22,688 bases of DNA from a virus, in IMG/VR virus record IMGVR_UViG_3300029928_000041. The stretch is one strand, 5' to 3'. Shown in pieces: positions 15,301-22,108 of this stretch. The notes beneath the pieces are model-generated. The model was not told the DNA's origin. It saw only the letters and a list, made by a program, of their open reading frames with translations, and searched no databases. The position numbers and the translations under genes are program-made. Each line of letters starts with the position of its first letter. Position 1 is the first letter of the stretch.

Positions 15301-16253
15301 GCGGTCTCCTCCTCCTGCAGCCTGCGCAGCGTATCTTTGATCTCACTCCATGTAGTGGAATCCGTGGTGCCGAATGCGTTGTTGCCGAACTTATTGCGTA
15401 TCCACATGGCATCCTTCATGTATCCTGTGGAATTGAAGGAGGACTCTCCGCGCATCATGCCCGGGTTCTTCATATAGTTCTGTTCCAGCTCCCCGTCCCT
15501 GTTCCTGTTCTTCTTGAGCGGAATGATCTTGTCGTTCGCATCCAATCTGGGAACGTAGTTTCCGAACTCGTCCCTCTTGAAGCGTGTTCCCACCTGGACC
15601 TGCTTGCCGTTCTTCATCCTGTATACAGGTTCGATCACCACTTCGTAGTATACAGGCATGAATTTGTATGGATTGCCGTATCCTTCGGTGGGATTCAGGA
15701 GGAACGCCCCGTTGTACGGCATGGGTTCGAGGATGACGTTTCCGTTCTTGTCCTTGACAGGCACCAGCCTGTTCTCGATGGTTCCGTCCGGCATCCTCAC
15801 GGTCTTGGGCTCCACCCGAGGAATCATCGTCGCGGCGCCCTTGGGCACGGCATCCACTCTGTGCGTTTTCGGATTGTATCTGCCGTACCTCAGCCCCGGT
15901 TCGAAACTGATGTTGTTGACCGTGAATCCCGCCCTTGATACGGGCGCACCGTCGATGTTCTCCATATCAGGAGGTCCGTACGGCGAATTCATAGTCCTCC
16001 CGGCATCGGTAGATCTCGCTTGCATGGCATTGGCATTATCATATGCCAGGTTTTTTGAGGATCTGCCCGTATCCTTCTTCTCTATCGGCTCCTTCTTCAG
16101 CTCGGACCTCTTGGCGAGAGCTTTGTCTATGCGTGCGAGGACCCTGTTGATGTCCGCCTTGGGCGCCTCCATAAGATCGCCCACGGTCGCTTCATCATCT
16201 TCTTCAGCATCCTTCTCATCATCAGTATCCACCTCGTCCTTGCACGCATCCAT
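12309..16253 (-). CDS. Giant hydrophilic protein, 1314 aa (possibly 1342 aa from an ACG at 16337); probable internal virion/ejection protein
   Basis: Long uninterrupted ORF, K/R/D/N-rich and helical with no TM segment; its C-terminus shares a motif with the scaffold. The function is inference. Confidence 0.8.
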   Translation of the reverse strand: MDACKDEVDTDDEKDAEEDDEATVGDLMEAPKADINRVLARIDKALAKRSELKKEPIEKKDTGRSSKNLAYDNANAMQARSTDAGRTMNSPYGPPDMENIDGAPVSRAGFTVNNISFEPGLRYGRYNPKTHRVDAVPKGAATMIPRVEPKTVRMPDGTIENRLVPVKDKNGNVILEPMPYNGAFLLNPTEGYGNPYKFMPVYYEVVIEPVYRMKNGKQVQVGTRFKRDEFGNYVPRLDANDKIIPLKKNRNRDGELEQNYMKNPGMMRGESSFNSTGYMKDAMWIRNKFGNNAFGTTDSTTWSEIKDTLRRLQEEETANRDKMHWLRNITRLLVDADRKSNSNEFGSHPIIDREGMGWYREDKPTYGDSAFEAGVSSKPFADQAINDETSYLLPGTTPNKKFTNDKGEEQIWYPKYGKARYPFNEKSALRGRHFNDIMDALGAADNNALDEQKYNAYMEYANAKVNRKPGDELDLPPEYLGLTAQERKELINTMSSLKTLESRLESEDLLPVERAKLKKDRALLEKKRNALFRTMASRTYYDEAADAFRVGPGKLSDRQLEDYMDALNLEQTRLTERDKKEALKNNIIGARMLGTYVPRNDKTWATNKVTELVRNYPNIWYDKLSGSGSNTVDIDSMIRLFQILPRHVVEDFVKTNTLHLNPRGIDPEVKEELEAGRPSRLTVSDSMKSELINKDLASRKTYANKWLSASKDNREIARKALAWLGTAEGRAFCKRNGYINPADTVPTDVPFESWSKNLKKGMLVDAATIVLNEASMKRRMAEKKRNIRRSQSMKDRYDNAYYYAYHSVENTIGGLLKEPEDSDERLKEALKLGKNLLTDISRAGTQKTDAKMSDKYGDVFEKLKDDPEALSDFKEDIGIMESFNPFVQDSRTGQLSNEARNQLGRGPVENKREREGRKKLEEGKRIAQQVPLAEAIENSGTDIYEGMFDRLRNRTRRFFEDMRNYDIGNDELFDDKHMKQYRNLHRDLYELGFGKMADMVDYTMNLRKLYGDSADLYQEKMNDEIGRRFSNGAPELPRYPEEDDDDLGELGGRGSGINLSDVHDVTRSREIAAESGAWDDGTYNPSLIPNRTTGGIGGNPSGTRSPLESESWKNQEDPLKIAGGMNVKNTVKDNRSQQRADAEAVREENPKSIPEIEDYNPELNPLTQSVGAWNDSRINDGKYPATDPNKNRNLFKDAEIVKQIEKENREKMGDGETGNSGKNDLKPIGKSGTMESMMNMSMRDMMESIAKNAGKEGHPYGLPVGGSVFTFGCVPVSMGQDGRTKAVPDEIPEAKRNDEGLTRKNAGIGPRVRN

Positions 16254-16352
16254 GACCGACTCGCGCTTCTGCGCAGGCGATGCATCGTCCGAGATGGATA
16301 TTGCGACTTCGATCTTCTCAGCTTTCTGCGTATCCGTTCAAATACCCCCGTG

Positions 16353-16682
16353 TCATGCGTGAAATCTGCAGGGTCCGCAACCCGCGTCATGTGCGGGCCC
16401 GCACTCCTCTGCAATGGCGATGGTGACGTCCATCGCCGTGCTCTGGATGAGCAGACCCTGTTGAGTCACCGCCATCGCCTCTATGCCTCTTATCTCCAAG
16501 ACATTGCGTTTGCGGTCCTGCGCATATTCTATGCGCAGCTCGCTCGTCCTGATGCGACGGCATGTGCGCATGGACAGAGTGATTCTCATGTCCTTCTGCG
16601 TCAGCACCGTGGTGCCCTCGCACGCATCCCTGCGGAACACGGAGGCGAGGGCACGGGCATTGTCATCTGTCAGCGGTATCAT
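16353..16682 (-). CDS. Hypothetical protein, 109 aa, beta-rich
   Basis: Starts 1 nt after the upstream stop with a GAAGGGA RBS. Confidence 0.6.
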   Translation of the reverse strand: MIPLTDDNARALASVFRRDACEGTTVLTQKDMRITLSMRTCRRIRTSELRIEYAQDRKRNVLEIRGIEAMAVTQQGLLIQSTAMDVTIAIAEECGPAHDAGCGPCRFHA

Positions 16683-16683
16683 C

Positions 16684-17295
16684 TCATCCCTTCACGATGA
16701 GGATGCTCGGAACGGTCAGCGATTCAGGCTGGGTCTTGGCCCAGATCGTCACTCCGCCGTCATAGGTCTCGCATTCCGAGGAATACGTCCCTGCAGCCGC
16801 GTCCGCGGTGGAGAACGACACGATGGCGATGTCCTTCGCGGTGACCCCTTCTATCGCAACCGTGCCCTTGAACCCGTAGGTCTCGGCGGATGCGTCCTGC
16901 ACCCATGCGAATCCCGTGACATTCGAGCTGATCACGGATGCGGCGCCCTTGTCGAGCTTGCCTTCAAGGGCCTCTCTGCAGGCTTCGATGGACTCGGCGT
17001 TGGCCTTGATCGACTCCTTGTTCGACTCGATGTCCTCCCTGTTGTCGGTGACGCTTCCGGACACCGTCTCCAGATCATCCTGGATACTCCCGACGCGAGG
17101 GTCGCAGTCCTCCCATGTGGGATTCCCCGCATCGTCCGTCCCTGTGCATCTCTTGATTATTCCGTCAACCAGTGCGATGTCTCCGACCTTCGGGTCTTTG
17201 GGTGCGTCCCCGATCAGCCTTCCCTGTTTGGTCGAGTACACCTCCCCTACGACGTTGACATCGGACCTGAATGTGTAGATTCTGGGTTCTGCCAT
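16684..17295 (-). CDS. Short fibre/spike-like protein, 203 aa (N-terminal beta region, coiled coil, C-terminal beta domain)
   Basis: Heptad-like DLETVSGSVTDNREDIESNKESIKANAESIEAC; the C-terminal domain is clearly paralogous to 22109..22687. Confidence 0.65.
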   Translation of the reverse strand: MAEPRIYTFRSDVNVVGEVYSTKQGRLIGDAPKDPKVGDIALVDGIIKRCTGTDDAGNPTWEDCDPRVGSIQDDLETVSGSVTDNREDIESNKESIKANAESIEACREALEGKLDKGAASVISSNVTGFAWVQDASAETYGFKGTVAIEGVTAKDIAIVSFSTADAAAGTYSSECETYDGGVTIWAKTQPESLTVPSILIVKG

Positions 17296-17316
17296 ATGCC
17301 GATTATGGCAGAGAGG

Positions 17317-17324
17317 ATATAAAG
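17317..17324 (-). promoter_or_regulatory. TATA box (CTTTATAT) for leaderless 16684..17295
   Basis: Ends 22 nt before the ATG. Confidence 0.5.
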
Positions 17325-17332
17325 AATAGAAC

Positions 17333-17346
17333 CCCGCCGAAGCGGG
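17333..17346 (-). terminator. C(UUCG)G tetraloop hairpin after the membrane protein gene
   Basis: CCCGC-TTCG-GCGGG on the - strand, followed by a T-rich tract. Confidence 0.5.
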
Positions 17347-17380
17347 TAAATGGTTTTCTGTTCATGTTCGCAGGTACGGC

Positions 17381-17842
17381 TCAGTGCTTGTTGAGCTCGT
17401 TGAGAACAGACACGGCTTCGGAAGCGGTTCCTTTGAGAGCCGCCTTCGTCTTGGCCTTATCCCTGGATGCCTCAAGAAGGGTGCGGAGAAACGCATCGCC
17501 GGCGAGACCGCAGATGGCGGAGGCGACGACGACGAGTCCGGCGCAGTCGTAGAAGGTGCTTCCATCGACCATGCCGGTTCCGATGACCCAGCCGGAGATG
17601 AAGAGCGCTCCTGCGATTCCGAGGATGATGGTGGTGATGTTCTGAACGAGATAGTTGAAGCCGTAGTCCATGGCTTCGCCCTTGTCGCGGGCGACCTCCT
17701 TGGCCTTGGCCCTGTATTCGCTGATTCCCTTGCTGAAGGTGATCGCCGCGACGATGAGGAACGCGATGACGATCAGCTTTGCGACGTATCCGCTGTCGAT
17801 GTTCATGATTGTATCGACAGTATCGATGTATTCGGTTGCCAT
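17381..17842 (-). CDS. Integral membrane protein, 153 aa, about 3 TM helices (holin-like topology, function unknown)
   Basis: Hydrophobic segments VAKLIVIAFLIVAAITF, IILGIAGALFISGWVIG and GLVVVASAICGLAG; GGAGTGG RBS before the ATG at 17842. Confidence 0.7.
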   Translation of the reverse strand: MATEYIDTVDTIMNIDSGYVAKLIVIAFLIVAAITFSKGISEYRAKAKEVARDKGEAMDYGFNYLVQNITTIILGIAGALFISGWVIGTGMVDGSTFYDCAGLVVVASAICGLAGDAFLRTLLEASRDKAKTKAALKGTASEAVSVLNELNKH

Positions 17843-17890
17843 TCTATCCACTCCTAATATCAACAGTATCTCGGTTGCTGTCGCGATCAA

Positions 17891-17921
17891 CCTCCCCTCC
17901 CACATCACGCGGGAGGAGAGG
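17891..17921 (-). terminator. 13-bp hairpin with G-U pairs after the adhesin gene
   Basis: CCTCTCCTCCCGC-GTGAT-GTGGGAGGGGAGG; the wobble pairs work only on the - strand. Confidence 0.6.
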
Positions 17922-17940
17922 GACCGGACGAGCAGCCCGA

Positions 17941-19746
17941 TCAAGGTTTCTTATCGGCCCTCCTGGCTTCGATGACTCCTGCGACCTTTCCCTTGACGAT
18001 CTTGTAGTTCATCGGGGATGCGGGCGCGACGAGCAGAGCGATGACGACGAGCACGGCGAGAAGGATGATCGCACCTGCGATCTTCCCGGATGTGGTATCG
18101 AAGAATCCGGGCTCCTCGGGGTAGACGACATCGACGAGTCCGATGGTCATGTCATCTCTGACGGTGGAGTTGGAATAATCCCACCTGACATCTCCGAGCT
18201 GCGCGGGGATGACGGGGATCTTGTCGGCGGGGATGGTGGTTCCGTCCGCGACCTCGACGGTCACGGAAGGGATGCCGGTATCGGCACCGTACTCGAAGAC
18301 GACCTTGTGATAGAGGATCGGAACTGCCTTGAAAGACTGGCTCTGATCGATGACCATATTGATATCGAAGTTCCATCCGCTGTACACGGCAGGATCCAGC
18401 TCGGGAATCTTGTCGGCAGGGATGGTGGTTCCATTCTTGACGGAGATCTCGATTACCTCCTCTCCGATGATGAAGGTGACAGTGCTGTATCCGATCTGCT
18501 TGTAGATGGCGACGAAGGTCACATCGGCGGTGTACTCGTACTTGGTGGGATCGACGTACTTGGAGGTGCCTGCAACGACCCATCCCTGGAACTCGTAGCC
18601 CTCGCGGGTGACGTCGGGGATGGTGAGGGAGTCGGACTTCTGAGTGACATCGGTCTTGCCCTCGATCTGGAAGGTGACGTTGAAGGTCACTGCGGGAACG
18701 CCCTCGATTGCAACGAAGGTCACAGGTCCGGTGACGGTGTAGGGGAATGCGACCTTGGTCTTGGTCTCATCGTCTGCAAGAGCGTAGTATGCATATCCCT
18801 CGGGGAGAGGAACGGCATCGACAGGTTTGTTGTATTTGGCGGACCTTACCTCGGTCTTGTCACCGATGATGAAGGTTGCATCGTAGACCTTCTCCTTGAA
18901 GACGGCGGTGAATACAGTATCCTTCGTGAAGACGTAGGAGGAAAGATCCACGACATTCTGTCCAGGCAGGGGCTCGTAGGTCTTCACTCCATCAGACCAG
19001 CCGATGAAGTCATAGTTGGGTACAGAGGAGTTCTGAGGAACTTCAATTTTGCCATTAGTCGTCTGTTCGGAAACGGTGACTCCGTCTGCGACGAAGGTGA
19101 CGTTGTAGACCTTCTCCATCACGAGAGTGTATGAGGTGTTGACACCGGCGGAGGATGTGAGCACATTGATGTTGACATCAGCACCTTTAACGTCCTTGAA
19201 CCCGCTATACTCGTATCCGTCGATGGCGAATCCAGAGATGGAGTCATTCTCGCCCTTGACAACAGTAGCTCCGATCTTCTCAGCGAAGTCCTCAAGGTTT
19301 TCGGGAGCGATGGTGAATTTGGACTTGGAGGTGGTGGGGTATGTCTCGGAGATGTCTCCGTAGATCAGTGTGATCTCGGCGTGCTTGTCGTCGAGCTTGA
19401 ACTCGGGGATGACGGTGACATCGCCTGCGAAGGTATAGGCGGGTGTAGACCCTGCAGGCTCATCAGTTGCAACCTGGTATGTGGCGGAAGAGGATGCATC
19501 TCTCCACTGTTTGAATTCATAGCCCTCGGGTGCAGTGAATCCGGTCTTATCGAAGGCTTTGAACGAATATGTTCCGTCAACCCCTGTCTTATCCACGATG
19601 GAGGATTCGCCGTACTTGTAGGTGACCTTGTAGGCAGGCCCCGTGGCGTCGCCCTCAGCGGACGCATCGTCCGCGAGGACCGCCACTCCGGCGAGAGCCA
19701 GCATCGCAAATATGCCGATTGCGAATATGGCTTTATAATCAGTCAT
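17941..19746 (-). CDS. Cell-surface adhesin-like protein, 601 aa, with Listeria-Bacteroides (InlB B-repeat/Flg_new-like) repeats, a signal peptide and a C-terminal TM anchor
   Basis: Signal peptide ..FAMLALAGVAVLADDASA; about 6 repeats of the Y.VTF...P...GY.F.GW type; TM IAGAIILLAVLVVIALLVA with a basic tail. Confidence 0.8.
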   Translation of the reverse strand: MTDYKAIFAIGIFAMLALAGVAVLADDASAEGDATGPAYKVTYKYGESSIVDKTGVDGTYSFKAFDKTGFTAPEGYEFKQWRDASSSATYQVATDEPAGSTPAYTFAGDVTVIPEFKLDDKHAEITLIYGDISETYPTTSKSKFTIAPENLEDFAEKIGATVVKGENDSISGFAIDGYEYSGFKDVKGADVNINVLTSSAGVNTSYTLVMEKVYNVTFVADGVTVSEQTTNGKIEVPQNSSVPNYDFIGWSDGVKTYEPLPGQNVVDLSSYVFTKDTVFTAVFKEKVYDATFIIGDKTEVRSAKYNKPVDAVPLPEGYAYYALADDETKTKVAFPYTVTGPVTFVAIEGVPAVTFNVTFQIEGKTDVTQKSDSLTIPDVTREGYEFQGWVVAGTSKYVDPTKYEYTADVTFVAIYKQIGYSTVTFIIGEEVIEISVKNGTTIPADKIPELDPAVYSGWNFDINMVIDQSQSFKAVPILYHKVVFEYGADTGIPSVTVEVADGTTIPADKIPVIPAQLGDVRWDYSNSTVRDDMTIGLVDVVYPEEPGFFDTTSGKIAGAIILLAVLVVIALLVAPASPMNYKIVKGKVAGVIEARRADKKP

Positions 19747-19758
19747 GACATCATTTCT

Positions 19759-19802
19759 CCATCCTCTCGATGGTCTTTCAGACCATTCTTCGGAGAGGAT
19801 GG
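19759..19802 (-). promoter_or_regulatory. Structured 5' leader of the adhesin mRNA (10-bp plus 7-bp hairpin covering an SD-like sequence)
   Basis: CCATCCTCTC/GAGAGGATGG and ATGGTCT/AGACCAT stems between the TATA box and the ATG. Confidence 0.45.
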
Positions 19803-19823
19803 CGCATCAATCGCGGGTTGAAA

Positions 19824-19831
19824 ATATAAAA
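19824..19831 (-). promoter_or_regulatory. TATA box (TTTTATAT) for the adhesin gene
   Basis: Follows the upstream terminator; the predicted +1 falls at about the start of the leader hairpin. Confidence 0.5.
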
Positions 19832-19842
19832 CGATAGGGAAA

Positions 19843-19860
19843 GGAGGCGTTTCCGCCTCC
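19843..19860 (-). terminator. GAAA-tetraloop hairpin (GGAGGCG-GAAA-CGCCTCC) after the fibre gene
   Basis: Perfect 7-bp stem followed by TTTCCC. Confidence 0.55.
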
Positions 19861-19875
19861 TGAAAGGGTTTGATC

Positions 19876-21564
19876 TCAGACGAGTCCGATGACGTGCGCA
19901 GACCCGGTGAATGCCGCGGAGAAGGACAGCGTGGCTGTGCCTCCGGTGACGCTGATCCCGCACTGGACGGCATTGTTGTTGCCGTCGAAGACCTGGACGA
20001 TGAGCACGGTCGTCATCCCGGTGGTCTCCGCATTGATCGCAACATCTCCGCCTGCGGCATCGGTGACGGTCACAGGGACGGTCTTGCCGATGATGGAGGA
20101 CTGCGCAAGAGGCAGGACTCCGTCGATCTTGGCGACAGGGATCTTCGCAGGCAGGTCGGAGACCTCGATGGCCTTCCCGCCGGTGACGAGTCCCTTGGCG
20201 TCGTAGGTGACGAGCTTGGCAGCCGTGCTCGCCTCGATGTCGGCGTTCTTGGCGACCTTCCCATCAGCGGCGGTCTGGGCGGCGGTTGCTGCATCGGCTG
20301 CGGACTTGATGGATGCGGCGTAGCCGTCGTAGGCCGCGACCTTGTCGGCGGTGATTCCAGAGTCCGCGGCGGCTAGCTGGGCATCGGTAAGCTTGTCCTG
20401 CTTGACCTTGACGGCGGTCTCGATAGAGGTGGTGACCTCGGTCGTCTTGGCGTAGGCGGAGAGGTCGGTGAGTCCCGCGAGAGGGTCCCACTCGGTTCCG
20501 GTCCACACGACGTTGGTTCCTACAGGATAGGAATTGGTGCCGTCGGAGAAGGCGTCAGTAACATTGTAGACCTTGCCTGTGTCCGCCTCGGTGAGGTTCT
20601 TGGGCAGGTCAGCGAATGCGACGGACCCCATCGCCTTGTACGCGGACGAGATATCCGTCTTCTTGGCGTATCCGGACAGATCGATGTTGACGGCCTTCTC
20701 GGTGATGGCGAGAGCGGTTCCATCGACCTTCACGGACTCGATGACGTTGACCTGGGCGCCGGTTGCGATGCCCGCAAGTTTGGTCTTCTCCGCAGCGGTG
20801 TAGTCGTTGGTGGACAGGCCCTTGCCTTCGACCTTATCGACCTTGCCGTTTAGAGCGTCATCGACATCGGTCTTGACAGCGGCCGCATCGGCAGTGGCCT
20901 TGACGGCGGCGATGTTTGTAGCGTTGGTTGCGACGTCCTTGAAGAGCCCGGTTGCGGCGACATCTCCGGAGGCCTTGGTTCCGACGGCGGTCTTCAGAGC
21001 GCTGATGTCGGAGGTCTGCGTCTTGTCGGTCTCCTGGAGGGCTTTGATTGCAGTGGAGTTGTCCGCAGCAGTGTTCTTCGCAGAGGTAGCATCCTTCTGA
21101 GCATTATCGGCAGCTTCCTTCGCATTGGCGGCGGCAGCGGCATTGGTTGCGATGTCCGCGGCATTCTTGGCGATCCTGGCATAGGCGGAGCCGTCTGCGG
21201 CGGCCTTGTCAGCGGCGGTTCCGACGGCGGTCTCCAGGTTGGCGACCCTGGTTCCGAGGGTGTTCCCTCCCGCATCGGTCCCGACCTGGGCCTTCAGTTC
21301 ATTGACAATCTTGACCAGCCCGGAGTTGGGATCTCCGACAGTCTCCTGCAGAGAGGTGATGTTGGTCTTGTTGATCTGCACCTGGGCATCGTCGGCGTAC
21401 TTGACCCATTTGGTCCCGTCGTACGTCTGGAGGACGCCCTCGAACTCGACGACCTGTCCCTTGAAGGGGGTCGCGGGCAGAGCGGTCACGATCTCGAATT
21501 TGACATTCTTGACCGCGTTCTTCTTCATGTCGATATCGACATAGAATTCCTGTGTCTTTGCCAT
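19876..21564 (-). CDS. Fibre protein (head or tail fibre-like), 562 aa, Ala-rich coiled coils
   Basis: Contains KVDKVEGKGLSTNDYTAAEKTKLAGI..AQVNVIESVKV and GKVYNV..GTNVVWTG.EWD.LAG, which I recognise from phage fibre proteins. Confidence 0.75.
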   Translation of the reverse strand: MAKTQEFYVDIDMKKNAVKNVKFEIVTALPATPFKGQVVEFEGVLQTYDGTKWVKYADDAQVQINKTNITSLQETVGDPNSGLVKIVNELKAQVGTDAGGNTLGTRVANLETAVGTAADKAAADGSAYARIAKNAADIATNAAAAANAKEAADNAQKDATSAKNTAADNSTAIKALQETDKTQTSDISALKTAVGTKASGDVAATGLFKDVATNATNIAAVKATADAAAVKTDVDDALNGKVDKVEGKGLSTNDYTAAEKTKLAGIATGAQVNVIESVKVDGTALAITEKAVNIDLSGYAKKTDISSAYKAMGSVAFADLPKNLTEADTGKVYNVTDAFSDGTNSYPVGTNVVWTGTEWDPLAGLTDLSAYAKTTEVTTSIETAVKVKQDKLTDAQLAAADSGITADKVAAYDGYAASIKSAADAATAAQTAADGKVAKNADIEASTAAKLVTYDAKGLVTGGKAIEVSDLPAKIPVAKIDGVLPLAQSSIIGKTVPVTVTDAAGGDVAINAETTGMTTVLIVQVFDGNNNAVQCGISVTGGTATLSFSAAFTGSAHVIGLV

Positions 21565-21689
21565 TGCAATAGCTCCTGACGGTCATACGGGCGCGCCGCA
21601 TCCCGTCATCCCGCGGAAAAGCGTCCGAGTTGAAAAAATAGAAGGACGCCCTGTATTCTTATACAGATACACTGTATACACGATGTCTG

Positions 21690-22046
21690 TCATCGCATGG
21701 GTATGCATCTGCTGATGGCACACAGCAGCCACTGCACGGGATTCCTCCTCACACGCGAGTCGAAGCCTTCCCCGTGCCCATGTACGCCCGTTTCGGCCCA
21801 CTCCCAGTGATGACAGAACTCATGCCACAGCGTCGCCTTGATGCGCCATGACGCCTTCAGACGTGTGTTGATGCGTATCACTCCGTACCTCGTTCCGCCG
21901 TCCGTGATGCAGTGGCGCGTCGTCCCGCGCGTGGTCTTCCCGAGATCGGAGAATCCCATGAAGCACGGCTCCGTCGCCCCTTCGCCCATGTATTGGCGGG
22001 TCCAGCCCTTCAGCATCGCTCTGCAATCGTTCTCTGTGACGGTCAT
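21690..22046 (-). CDS. SprT-like zinc metallopeptidase, 118 aa
   Basis: IRIN..L....TLWHEFCHHW...HGHGEGF: HExxH with a downstream His, the SprT pattern. Confidence 0.75.
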   Translation of the reverse strand: MTVTENDCRAMLKGWTRQYMGEGATEPCFMGFSDLGKTTRGTTRHCITDGGTRYGVIRINTRLKASWRIKATLWHEFCHHWEWAETGVHGHGEGFDSRVRRNPVQWLLCAISRCIPMR

Positions 22047-22070
22047 GGATCGTATATGGATGTCCCGACA

Positions 22071-22078
22071 TTTTTAAA
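22071..22078. promoter_or_regulatory. Probable bidirectional TATA box (TTTTTAAA) between divergent genes
   Basis: 25 nt from the - strand ATG at 22046 and 31 nt from the + strand ATG at 22109. Confidence 0.5.
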
Positions 22079-22108
22079 CCTCCTCCTCCTTCCCGCATAT
22101 GATAGACC

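Noticed and set aside
16338-16355. TGA read-through fusing 16353..16682 to the giant ORF (same frame)
   Set aside because: Two TGAs would need suppression, TGA is the dominant true stop in this genome, and an RBS lies between the genes.
18200-18435. Direct repeat encoding GTTIPADKIP twice
   Set aside because: Explained by tandem domain duplication within the adhesin.
13299-19134. Long + strand ORFs 13299..14756, 16483..17322 and 17809..19134
   Set aside because: Shadows of the giant, fibre and adhesin genes on the - strand.
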